Made by a program: the position numbers and the translations under genes | Shown here: in pieces, positions 1-8,984 of the stretch | Position numbering within the stretch: position 1 is the first letter of the stretch | Layout of the letters: each line of letters opens with the position of its first letter | Assembly: GCA_005223125.1 (NCBI GenBank) | Contig: NJBH01000046.1 | Span: 1 to 24,637, forward strand | Origin: Promethearchaeota archaeon Loki_b32 | Lineage (GTDB): Archaea > Asgardarchaeota > Lokiarchaeia > Sigyniarchaeales > SOKP01 | Direction: 5' to 3' | DNA length: 24,637 nucleotides | The notes under the pieces: generated by a model | What the model was told of the DNA's origin: nothing | Database searches by the model: none | What the model saw: the letters and a program-made list of their open reading frames with translations, nothing else

Positions 1-183
1 CTCTAACTTGACAGCAAGTTGGTAATGTCGGTTCTTAATTTCAGTCTGAAAAGTAGAATCCATAACTCCCATAAATTTTTCTGTAGTCTTAGGAAGCCAC
101 CCTATTCGTTCAGCTCGAGTCAAGTAGCGTCTTATAATTCGTTTTGATTTCTTATCAAATATTTTTAAATTTTCTACTTCCAT
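1..183 (-). CDS. Hypothetical protein, N-terminal 61 codons (runs off the left edge)
   Basis: Manual translation from ATG at 183 gives MEVENLKIFDKKSKRIIRRYLTRAERIGWLPKTTEKF..., open to base 1. SD-like AGGTGA on the minus strand at 191-196. Not in the ORF track. Confidence 0.7.
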   Translation of the reverse strand, partial: MEVENLKIFDKKSKRIIRRYLTRAERIGWLPKTTEKFMGVMDSTFQTEIKNRHYQLAVKLE

Positions 184-451
184 TTCGATTTCACCTTTTT
201 TATACAAATTTGTTTATACATACTTGTATAAATTAGAGTTAGATATTATGATTTTTAAATTTTTTGTTAACAAATGAAAATTTACCTCTATAATTACCAA
301 ATTCTTTTTTTTTAATTTATTGTTTTGATTTTGGTGGAATATAAGAAGGAGTAAAGATTTTTCGCTCATTTGTATTTTCCTCCGTTTTAAGAGACACAAG
401 GTTCGAGCCTTTTTAAATACAAACAAAATTAAAATAAAGGAGGGAAAAAGT

Positions 452-685
452 ATGGGAGGCAAATTAGAAGGATTATCTTTCTGTTTTACAGGGAAGTTAG
501 AGACCATGAGACGTGCTGAAGCTGAGCAAATGGTTCGGGATCATGGCGGTGAACCAAAGAGTGGTGTCGTCAAGGATTTATCCTATTTGGTTACCAATTC
601 CACAGAACCGACAGCTAAATTTACTAAAGCTCAAGAACAAGGCTCGAAGATAATAACCGAACAAGAATTTCTCGATATGATTTAA
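452..685 (+). CDS. Stand-alone BRCT-domain protein (LigA/RFC1 C-terminal-type BRCT)
   Basis: LEGLSFCFTGKL..MRRAEAEQMVRDHGG....V.KDLSYLV.......KFTKAQEQG.KII.EQEF matches the NAD-ligase-type BRCT pattern. AAGGAGGG SD lies upstream. Confidence 0.88.
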   Translation: MGGKLEGLSFCFTGKLETMRRAEAEQMVRDHGGEPKSGVVKDLSYLVTNSTEPTAKFTKAQEQGSKIITEQEFLDMI

Positions 686-1133
686 TTCTATTTTACAATT
701 TTAATTGATTTATCAGATTAAGTTATGTGAATCTTATTAAAAATAAGACATTTTTAACTTTTCCGTATCACATTATTACGTAAAATCATTATACTCATTC
801 CCACTTTACATATATATATTAAAGTTTCTATTAAATTCATAGCTTAAATCATTTAAAAGGAGGGTGTTAAAGTATTCCTAATTGGTGTTATAATTCTTTA
901 TGATTTATGTGCAAGATTGCTTAAAGAAGTTGAAAAAAGGATGAACTAGCAATAAATTAATTTTTTTTTATTTAGGAAAATTGTATTTTTCCAATTTATT
1001 CTTGATTTACCGCACTACGAGTTGAAAATTTCGAAATCTACACTCTCTTATCTGATATAAGCAGAAATTTGTTCCTTCAATATACCATCCTCGTTCAGGT
1101 TTGTTTTTGTCTTTTGTTGGATTTTTGTCATCG

Positions 1134-1159
1134 GGAGTAAGGGAGTTGTCCTTTACTCC
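1134..1159 (+). other. Stem-loop followed by a pyrimidine run (possible terminator or structured leader)
   Basis: GGAGTAAGGGA-GTTG-TCCTTTACTCC forms an 11-bp stem with one G-U, followed by TCTCTTTCTTGTTT. Confidence 0.4.
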
Positions 1160-1312
1160 TCTCTTTCTTGTTTATCGCTTTGAAGGACATTTCCTTTATT
1201 TAGTGATACGGTTGAAGAAAATTACTTTTATCGCCCAACTCCTTCTTTTTATATAGGTAAAATTCTTCTCAAATCATACTTTAATTACTTATTAAAGAGG
1301 GTTAATCAAAAG

Positions 1313-1897
1313 ATGGAGAAATTACAGTTAGGTAAGAAAGATCTTATTATCTTGGATTTCGATAGTACCATTTATCACAATCCGAGTCAGGATTTTACTA
1401 TAAATATAAATTTTAATAATATTTTACCTGCTAATTATTTTTTTAGTGAGTTAGCATTTCAAGTTCCATTATTTTCAGCAATCAATTTTGCTCATAATAC
1501 TAAATTTCTATTGCTTACTGGTAGACCCCTAAGACAGAAGGAAATAATTCTCGAACTGCTTTCAATGAAAGGCTATAAAATTGATCTATCAGTTTTTTCT
1601 ACCTACAAATATTCGATTCCTAAAATCAATTCCATATACCGTGAAAATTCCTTTCTTATTGAATATTGGGCAAAAAAAGTGGAGTATATCAACAACTTGC
1701 ATAATTCCAACATTTTTAATTCGATTACCATAATAGATGACGATGATGTAATTTGTACTATGTTAAAGAATCTTAAATATACTACCATTCAAGCAGAAAT
1801 TCAGCACTATGGACTCGATAACCATATTAAATTTCACCCCTTTAATCAGAGGGCTAATCTCCAATTATTAGAGAAAGAGGTTATGATACATGGGTGA
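1313..1897 (+). CDS. HAD-superfamily phosphatase-like protein (PNKP/Swiss-army-knife HAD-like)
   Basis: Motif I ILDFDSTIY (DxDxT), motif II LLTGR, motif III K (WAKK), motif IV IIDDD. SD-like GAGGGT upstream. Confidence 0.7.
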   Translation: MEKLQLGKKDLIILDFDSTIYHNPSQDFTININFNNILPANYFFSELAFQVPLFSAINFAHNTKFLLLTGRPLRQKEIILELLSMKGYKIDLSVFSTYKYSIPKINSIYRENSFLIEYWAKKVEYINNLHNSNIFNSITIIDDDDVICTMLKNLKYTTIQAEIQHYGLDNHIKFHPFNQRANLQLLEKEVMIHG

Positions 1898-2000
1898 AGA
1901 TTATTCAGATGTAACGAATAAAGATTTTGAGAAATGTACTGAACTACTCTACAATTCATACAAGGAGAATAAAGAAGCTTGGAGAATACGAATGATGTAA
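1890..2000 (+). CDS. Putative 36-aa small protein coupled to the HAD gene
   Basis: MGEDYSDVTNKDFEKCTELLYNSYKENKEAWRIRMM*. The ATG overlaps the HAD stop region and GAGGT lies ~8 nt upstream. Confidence 0.35.
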   Translation: MGEDYSDVTNKDFEKCTELLYNSYKENKEAWRIRMM

Positions 2001-2346
2001 TATTTGGATAATACTAAATCCTAAAATATTGTTTAAAGAGACGCTAATCCCTCTGATTGCTTTTGAGTTTTTTTAAGGTTTGAATCCTAAAAGTCTACAT
2101 TTTGAATATCACACAAATCTATAAATAAGAGACTATCGTAAAATGTTACCATCTTTATATTGAACCATTAAACTTCTTTGCCTTTAGATCTAATAAAACT
2201 GATAGATTACATATGAAAATTTTTAGATTTAAAGATATTGTATTCTTAAAATTATTTTTATAAATCCAATAATTTTTTTACAATGAATTATGATTCTCAC
2301 TTAGAAAAAGGAGATATGAAATAAAACGCCATAAAAAAACGAAATC

Positions 2347-2871
2347 ATGGTTGAATATACTGATTCAGATTGGAATTGGGATTTTTATAAAGAGCTTGTA
2401 GATGACGTAGAGGAAAACAAGAATATAATTCAGTGTATATCTTGTGGGAAATGTGTTGGAGATTGCCCTGCTACAAAAGTATCTAACTTTAATATAAGGA
2501 AAATAATTAGAAAAGTTCTTCGTGGTGATATGAGTGTTTTAAAGGATTCTGATATATGGTACTGCTATCTTTGTGAACGTTGTAAAAGAGTGTGTCCGAA
2601 AGACAATATAAATATCCCATTGTTAATCATTAATTTAAGAAATGAAAGCTTTAAAAAAGGATATGGACCTCGCTATAACGATTTACGAAAATATGTAGAG
2701 ATGTCAGAAAAATTTCTAACAAATGGAACTGTGTTGGAAGATCCATTAGAGGGTGGTTTACCGCCAGAACGTATTGAAGAATTAAATGAAATTTGTAATT
2801 TTGCACGAATAAAATATGTATTTAAAGCTAGTAAAAATAAAACTAAAGAAAAAAAGAAAAAAAAATCATAA
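2347..2871 (+). CDS. hdrC: Heterodisulfide reductase subunit C-like 2x[4Fe-4S] protein
   Basis: CISCGKCVGDCP and IWYCYLCERCKRVCP motifs; directly upstream of an HdrB-type gene. Confidence 0.85.
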   Translation: MVEYTDSDWNWDFYKELVDDVEENKNIIQCISCGKCVGDCPATKVSNFNIRKIIRKVLRGDMSVLKDSDIWYCYLCERCKRVCPKDNINIPLLIINLRNESFKKGYGPRYNDLRKYVEMSEKFLTNGTVLEDPLEGGLPPERIEELNEICNFARIKYVFKASKNKTKEKKKKKS

Positions 2872-2886
2872 TTTATCTTCAAATCA

Positions 2887-3900
2887 ATGGAATCGTTTAA
2901 TTTAGTATTAAATTTAGATGAAATTGAAAGACAATATCCTGAAAATTCTTTAGATTATTTTAAGGATAAAAAATTATGCCTTTTTAAAGCTTGCTTGGAA
3001 AAATATTTTCCGGGAGTAAGATGGGGTATTCAAGATCTTCTAGAAGAACTACAATTAAATATATCTATGTGTGTGAATCAATCATGCTGTTCTGGTACTT
3101 TTTTCCAAAGAAATTTAATAACAAGAGCACAATTTTCAGCTATTAATGAAAGGAATCTAAATGAAATGAATCAAGTGGCAGAAATTGTACTGTTTAGTTG
3201 TAATGGTTGTTATAATAGTCTTTTAAGAGGACGAGAATTTTTAAAAATCCCTGAAGTAAAGAAGAAAACGAATAAAATCCTAAACAGGCTAAAAAAGAAG
3301 GGAATAGGTCAAAATTATCCACATAAATATGACATTCTTGAGAATTTAAATCTTAAATTGCTCCATGACTTAGATTTCTTATATTTAATTCGAAACGATG
3401 TTCTTAACTCTTTAAAGTTTGATTTGAAAGATCTTAAAGTTGCGATTCACTATGGTTGTCATTATTTAAATTTATCCAGAGATAAAAGAAATGTAGAAGA
3501 TTATATAAGAAATAAAACCAAGTTAGATGAATTAGTCACACTTTTTGGTGGCATTCCAGTTGATTATCAAGAAAGAGAGAGTTGTTGTGGATGGGGCGCT
3601 TCACAATTATTAATAAATCCTAAAGAAGCACTTAAAATTACATTTAATAAATTGAAAAGTGCTGAATCTGTTGGTGCTGATTTTTTAGTTACTCCATGTC
3701 CAACATGTTTATATACTTTAAGTAAACCCGAATACAGAGATAAAATGTATAAATGGTATGGTGATAAGCTAGACATTCCTACAATTCATTTAAATGAATT
3801 ACTAGCTATGCTAAGAGGATGTGAAGAGGAGCGTTGTATTACCCTAAGACGAAAAACCCCTCGTCTAGATGAGATTTTTGAGATTATTACAAGAGAATAA
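2887..3900 (+). CDS. hdrB: Heterodisulfide reductase subunit B-like (two CCG domains)
   Basis: FKAC...SCCSG...CNGC and HYGCH...CCGWG...PCPTC cysteine patterns. Confidence 0.88.
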   Translation: MESFNLVLNLDEIERQYPENSLDYFKDKKLCLFKACLEKYFPGVRWGIQDLLEELQLNISMCVNQSCCSGTFFQRNLITRAQFSAINERNLNEMNQVAEIVLFSCNGCYNSLLRGREFLKIPEVKKKTNKILNRLKKKGIGQNYPHKYDILENLNLKLLHDLDFLYLIRNDVLNSLKFDLKDLKVAIHYGCHYLNLSRDKRNVEDYIRNKTKLDELVTLFGGIPVDYQERESCCGWGASQLLINPKEALKITFNKLKSAESVGADFLVTPCPTCLYTLSKPEYRDKMYKWYGDKLDIPTIHLNELLAMLRGCEEERCITLRRKTPRLDEIFEIITRE

Positions 3901-4213
3901 TTAATTTATAAATAAATCTCTATTTATTGCTAATCATCAAACAATTTTTTTAATTCATTCTTTCTCGGAAGGTAAATTCAGCGTCTGATTTCAAAGAAAA
4001 TTTCATGAAATTTTTTACTATTATCTAAAAATTTATTTCCCAAAGATTTTCCTCCAAAATAAAATGTGAGAAGAAGGAGCATGTTCATAAACGGTAAGTT
4101 TTTTCATACATTCTTGTTTTGAGATAATTTTATATATTAAGTTTGAATTCTAATAAGATATAAAAAATTGTAAAGTAAAAATTCGATTTAGAATAAAATA
4201 ATAATATTGAAAT

Positions 4214-5242
4214 ATGACAAGAATTAATGTTGATAACCAGGCAGCTAAGATTGAGAATTTTTATAAGGGATATACAGCAACCCATTTGATCCATATAGGA
4301 GACAAACTTGGAATATTTGAAGTTTTGAATAATCATAAAGATGGACTTACCCCTACTGATTTAGCTTTAGAATTGGGGCTTTATGAGCCTTACTTAAAAA
4401 TCTGGTGTCAAACAGCACTATATCTAGAGATCTTAGATTTTGATGAACAGGGGAGATTCAAATTCCAGCCTTATATGAATGAAATTCTAGGTGATAAATC
4501 TCATTTCAGAAATGATTTAGGAAGATTTAATTTAGCTATAAATGTCACTGGTGAAAGATTTAAAGAAGGTTTAGAATATTATAGAACAGGAAAAATTATT
4601 GAAAGTTATAGCTCAGTTCGTTCAGAAATAGTAGCGGAAGCAATGAACCGATTACATGCTTTTTTGATTAACTATTTTAAAACACTACCAAAAACTAATC
4701 CAATAAAACAAATGTTGGAGAGCGGAATCAAATTTCTCGATGTTGGATGTGGAACAGGAAGATTTATTATTCAGTTGGCAAAAACATTTACAAATAGTCG
4801 ATTTGTTGGAGTAGATCCAATTTCACATGGAATTGAAACCGCAAAAAAAATGATTGAGCAATTGCATTTAACTGATCGAGTTTTGGTAGAGAACTTAGGA
4901 GGTGAAAATCTTCAATATAATGAGGAATTTGATATAGTATGTATGGTGGCTACCTTTCACGAAATTAACCCTACCATTCGTTTTAAAGTAATGGAAAACA
5001 TTTATAGAGGATTAAAGAACGATGGACGACTTCTTATTTTCGATTTTTCATTTCCAGATAACATTGAGGATTTTAAAAATTCAAAATATGAACCAGGAAT
5101 AATTGATCAGTTTAATGAAACATGTTTAGGAGTTGTACATCTTAGCACTTTTGAGCAAAATGAAATGTTTACTAAAGTTGGTTTTAAAGATATCCAACGG
5201 ATGACAATAAAAGGGATTGATTTTATTATCGGTGTAAAGTAA
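4214..5242 (+). CDS. Class I SAM-dependent methyltransferase with N-terminal winged helix (Rv2258c-like)
   Basis: IGDKLGIFEVL...TPTDLALELGL wHTH; FLDVGCGTG motif I; FVGVD; FDIV..VATFHE. Confidence 0.85.
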   Translation: MTRINVDNQAAKIENFYKGYTATHLIHIGDKLGIFEVLNNHKDGLTPTDLALELGLYEPYLKIWCQTALYLEILDFDEQGRFKFQPYMNEILGDKSHFRNDLGRFNLAINVTGERFKEGLEYYRTGKIIESYSSVRSEIVAEAMNRLHAFLINYFKTLPKTNPIKQMLESGIKFLDVGCGTGRFIIQLAKTFTNSRFVGVDPISHGIETAKKMIEQLHLTDRVLVENLGGENLQYNEEFDIVCMVATFHEINPTIRFKVMENIYRGLKNDGRLLIFDFSFPDNIEDFKNSKYEPGIIDQFNETCLGVVHLSTFEQNEMFTKVGFKDIQRMTIKGIDFIIGVK

Positions 5243-5334
5243 AGAAGTTGTCAGAATTCAAATTTTACTTTTAATAATACAAATCATTTTGCGGTAATTA
5301 TTTCCCTCCCCCGTGGCGCCCCCTCCTAAAAATT

Positions 5335-5730
5335 CTACATTTCTTCTATTGCAAATCTCGGACATGCACTTAAACATAACAAACAGCCAATGCACTTCTC
5401 ATAATAAAATTTTAATCTTTCTTCTTTATCTAAATGCAAAGCATCTGTCGGACATAAAGAAATACAAGCTCCGCAATCAATGCATTTCTCATCGTCAATG
5501 ATTACTCGTCCTTTCTTGTTCACTACTATATTATTCTGCTTTAATGATTCAGTAATTGTTTTAGTTTTATCTTCTGGTATATCGATTAATAAATTAATTC
5601 CATTAGATCCTGTAGAGAATTTCAAAATATTAAAGGTTATATCATGTTTTAAAATATCGTTTACAATCTTCGAATAATCATCAAAATCTTTAACTAACCC
5701 AAAGGGGAGCATACAATTAATTATCGTCAT
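5335..5730 (-). CDS. NIL-domain 2x[4Fe-4S] ferredoxin (MA1822-like partner of aspartate-semialdehyde sulfurtransferase)
   Basis: FNIL motif; CIDCGACISLCP and CIGCLLCLSACP; starts 1 nt after the DUF39-CBS gene. Confidence 0.88.
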   Translation of the reverse strand: MTIINCMLPFGLVKDFDDYSKIVNDILKHDITFNILKFSTGSNGINLLIDIPEDKTKTITESLKQNNIVVNKKGRVIIDDEKCIDCGACISLCPTDALHLDKEERLKFYYEKCIGCLLCLSACPRFAIEEM

Positions 5731-5731
5731 A

Positions 5732-7204
5732 CTAGATCAATTCCTCCGAGGTTATTAACCCAGTGACTTTGTTTAACTCATCAATTACAGGCAGAGCTGA
5801 AATATTATTTAATTTCATTTTCCTCGTAGCAACATCAATCGGCTCGTTATCAGTGGTGGTTATTACTTTTTTCGTAATAATATCATTTAAATCGGTTTTA
5901 TCTCTGGCAATAGCTTTAGTTACATCAAAACTTGTGACTATTCCTTTAAGAGTGTTTTCTAGATCTGTAATGATGATATGATTTAAATTCTGATCGATTA
6001 TTTTTTCAGCTATGGTTTTCAAATCACAATCATCATGGCAGATTATTGCATTACGCTTTAAATCTTTCACAAACTTTATCTTTGTAGTTTGTTTCATTGG
6101 CTTAAAGACGGTATCTGTTGGTAATGTTTCTGCAGGGGGATTTAAATAGAATTTTCCATCCTGAATCCATTCCTTGAGAGTTTCCGCGATTTTTCGGGCA
6201 TGATAAAACGAAGATAAGGAAGAACATTTTACTTTTTTACCATTCAATTCAATATATTCCCCTTTTAATTCTTCATAATTAATTCGTCTGGGTTTTGGGC
6301 GATCTCTTCTGGGTATCCCATAATCCACAATATCCGTAAAGAGTTCTGCATCACTAATTGCAGTTTTTTTAGCTAACCCTTCATTTAAAATAGGGATTGG
6401 TATTCCCAGACCCACAAATAAAGACGTACCATACTGCTCATAAGACACTCCTCTTAGATATTCAGGGCTCATTTGCTTTAAATCACCCTTAACAAATAAA
6501 GTGCCAAATTGATTTGTGGGGCTGTGTTGCGTGCCTTCTCCTATAATGTAGCCAATTCCACCACCCAAGAAAATTCTCGTACCAATTCCTATTGTCTCAT
6601 AATCTGGATCATTACTAAGAGGGCTTAAACATCCTGCTCCCGCATAATGAGCATTTCCAAAATGAGGTAATAGTTTCCCCAGATGAGTGTATAAAGTTCT
6701 ATCCGAACTGTTTACTGCACATACATACCTTTGATATGCATTTCTAGGATTCAGTAGAATCGCTTGGTTTATCTCATCGAGAGTAAATTCCGTATCTATC
6801 TCTGCTAGTGGATAACAATCTGTTGTATAGGAATTACCTCTTAACCTTATGGGCTTTCCTGCAACTAGATCTTCAATGACATGACCCCCGCCATATTTAA
6901 AACGTTTCACATCTGACAATCTGGTACAACCAATATAACAATCAACAGCAGCATTACCGTGGTATGCCTGAACATCATTTAACCATAAATGTTCAAATTT
7001 AATAGGAGGGTCAGCATGCCCAAAATTTAAAAAAGCACCGCTAGAGCACATTGGTCCAAATGTTCCTGTAGTTACTACATCGATCTCTTCAGCAGCTACT
7101 TTGATTCCTTGATCTTCTACTATATTTATCATTTGTTCCGCAGTAACTACCACAACATCGCCGTTCTTTATTTTTTCGTTGATCTCATTATATGTTTTTG
7201 TCAA
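5732..7204 (-). CDS. L-aspartate semialdehyde sulfurtransferase (MA1821/MJ0100 family, DUF39 + CBS pair), homocysteine biosynthesis
   Basis: KTYNEINEKIK.G.VVV.TAE, DVVTTGTFGPMCSSGAFLNFGH, NPRNAYQ, IGIGTRIFLGG; C-terminal CBS pair; TTG start. Confidence 0.93.
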   Translation of the reverse strand: MTKTYNEINEKIKNGDVVVVTAEQMINIVEDQGIKVAAEEIDVVTTGTFGPMCSSGAFLNFGHADPPIKFEHLWLNDVQAYHGNAAVDCYIGCTRLSDVKRFKYGGGHVIEDLVAGKPIRLRGNSYTTDCYPLAEIDTEFTLDEINQAILLNPRNAYQRYVCAVNSSDRTLYTHLGKLLPHFGNAHYAGAGCLSPLSNDPDYETIGIGTRIFLGGGIGYIIGEGTQHSPTNQFGTLFVKGDLKQMSPEYLRGVSYEQYGTSLFVGLGIPIPILNEGLAKKTAISDAELFTDIVDYGIPRRDRPKPRRINYEELKGEYIELNGKKVKCSSLSSFYHARKIAETLKEWIQDGKFYLNPPAETLPTDTVFKPMKQTTKIKFVKDLKRNAIICHDDCDLKTIAEKIIDQNLNHIIITDLENTLKGIVTSFDVTKAIARDKTDLNDIITKKVITTTDNEPIDVATRKMKLNNISALPVIDELNKVTGLITSEELI

Positions 7205-7302
7205 TTAAACACCAATTTTTAAGGTACATACAATTTTTAACTTATATTACTAAATCATAAATATGCATCTTTTAAATTATCTAATATAGTAAATATCCAC
7301 TA

Positions 7303-7321
7303 AATGCATAAAATATGCATT
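7303..7321. promoter_or_regulatory. Perfect palindrome in a divergent promoter region, candidate operator
   Basis: AATGCATA-AAA-TATGCATT. A related half-site (AAATATGCAT) lies at ~7259-7268 and another ATGCAT at 7412-7417. Confidence 0.5.
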
Positions 7322-7421
7322 ACATTAATAATTCATTGAAATAAAGAAGAAAGCCGTTTTAGAATGATTTAAATCTTAATTAAGTTTTCTACAATTACAA
7401 TATATAAAAGATGCATTAAGC

Positions 7422-8339
7422 ATGGCACAGAAAGACCTTAAGAACACCTCAATTAAACGGAGTAAAATTGCCATATTATTATTAATTCTAACTACAATTC
7501 TCTGGGGTACATCATTTATTATTACTAAAAATATAACGAAAGATGTCCCAATTTTCTTATATCTTGCTTTAAGGTTCTCAATTGCTCTTTTTGGATTTAT
7601 TCCTTTTTTTCCTCATTTGAAAAAGCTAAATAAAAAGATTTTTTGGATGGGGCTTATAACGGGATTGTTATATTTCTTTGGAATTGTTTTTCAAACCATT
7701 GGACTCCAATCTACAACCGCAGGAAAAACTGGTTTTATCACGGGATTAAGTACCGTAATTGTCCCTTTCTTAACATGGATAGGTTTTAAAAAGCCTCTAC
7801 GTTTGAGAGTATGGTTTGCTGTTATATTATCTGTTGTTGGAATGGCGTTTCTATTATTAGAGGGGGTGTCTGGATTAATTATTGGAGATATTTTAGTACT
7901 AATATGTGCTTTTTTCTTTGCTCTTTATATTGTGTTAAACGATAAATATGTCCGTCTCATTGATGTCTATCTTTATTCTATTATTCAAGTTCTTGTTATT
8001 TCTGCACTTAGTTTTATCTGTTCTCTATTACTCCAAGAATCTTATAATTTCTTGTCATTTCAACCCTCATTTTGGTTTATAATGATTTATATGGGTATTG
8101 CGGTTATGACACTTACAATCTTATTTCAAAATTGGAGTCAGCAATATCAAGGGCCTACTATAACAGCTATCATTTTTACTCTTGAACCTGTATTTGCAGC
8201 TTTGTTTGGATATTTAATTGGAAATGAAATACTCTCATTATTTGGTTGGATCGGTTGTGTGCTAATTTTTATTGCAATTCTTATATCCGTTATTAAAAAT
8301 AAAAATAACAAAGGAGAAGTTAAAGAAGATTCATCCTAG
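7422..8339 (+). CDS. DMT/EamA family transporter
   Basis: About 10 hydrophobic segments; ILWGTSF, LALRF, GLQSTTAGKTGFITGL, IIFTLEPVFAALFG motifs. Confidence 0.92.
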   Translation: MAQKDLKNTSIKRSKIAILLLILTTILWGTSFIITKNITKDVPIFLYLALRFSIALFGFIPFFPHLKKLNKKIFWMGLITGLLYFFGIVFQTIGLQSTTAGKTGFITGLSTVIVPFLTWIGFKKPLRLRVWFAVILSVVGMAFLLLEGVSGLIIGDILVLICAFFFALYIVLNDKYVRLIDVYLYSIIQVLVISALSFICSLLLQESYNFLSFQPSFWFIMIYMGIAVMTLTILFQNWSQQYQGPTITAIIFTLEPVFAALFGYLIGNEILSLFGWIGCVLIFIAILISVIKNKNNKGEVKEDSS

Positions 8340-8560
8340 AATCACTTTACGGTTTAAATATACTTAGATATACCATTTTGACACATTCAATAAAAAGTAC
8401 GTGAGGAAATCCAAAAATTTTTACTTAAACAATGATTTAAATAATTTAAAAGCTATTAAGATCTAAATAAGGGTTGGTTTATCGGTAATATATATTTTTA
8501 TAAGTATAATTTATTGATCAAACTATTAGATAGAATAGTCAATTATTAGTGATTCCATAC

Positions 8561-8719
8561 ATGTCCGCACCTAAATTAAGCTCAAAAGATTTAACTATAT
8601 GTACCAAGTGCGGGAATGTTATGGTAAACAGAATGATACGCACCAATAATTCTGATGAAGTGGCATTCCAAAAAGTCTTACAATGTATCGTTTGTAGATA
8701 TTGGGTTGCTCTAGATTAA
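8561..8719 (+). CDS. 52-aa zinc-ribbon microprotein (not in ORF track)
   Basis: MSAPKLSSKDLTICTKCGNVMVNRMIRTNNSDEVAFQKVLQCIVCRYWVALD* has CTKC and CIVC. It is followed by the TTTTTCAA-TATAT-TTGAAAAA hairpin/T-run. Confidence 0.7.
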   Translation: MSAPKLSSKDLTICTKCGNVMVNRMIRTNNSDEVAFQKVLQCIVCRYWVALD

Positions 8720-8984
8720 TTTTTTTCAATATATTTGAAAAATCATTAAATAATTTGAAATTCTAATTTTCTTTCAGACATCATTACCTGAATAAATCTA
8801 AATTTTCTAAGAACATAAAGAACTCTCACAAATTTAAATGTTTGTCCCCTAATAATTTTAGATTTTTACCATTCCTTCACTAAGACAGAATTTTCAACCT
8901 TTCTCCGTTATTCCGTTATATTGGAACATAAATAAAATATAATACCATGGTTTTTATATTAATAAAACCTAATATCTAGGTAAC

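Noticed and set aside
214-507. 97-aa minus-strand ORF
   Set aside because: Overlaps the BRCT gene antisense and otherwise reads through low-complexity AT-rich intergenic DNA.
385-2090. tRNA T-arm-like bits (AAGGTTCGAGCCTT ~398-411; AAGGTTTGAATCCT ~2075-2088), each after a GTTTWAAGAGAC 12-mer
   Set aside because: No cloverleaf can be built and the spacing differs; too weak to call a tRNA, att site or CRISPR repeat.
2840-2890. Poly-A tract at the hdrC end and in-frame hdrC/hdrB junction as a programmed fusion
   Set aside because: The stop is TAA and both genes look complete; A-runs are common throughout this window.
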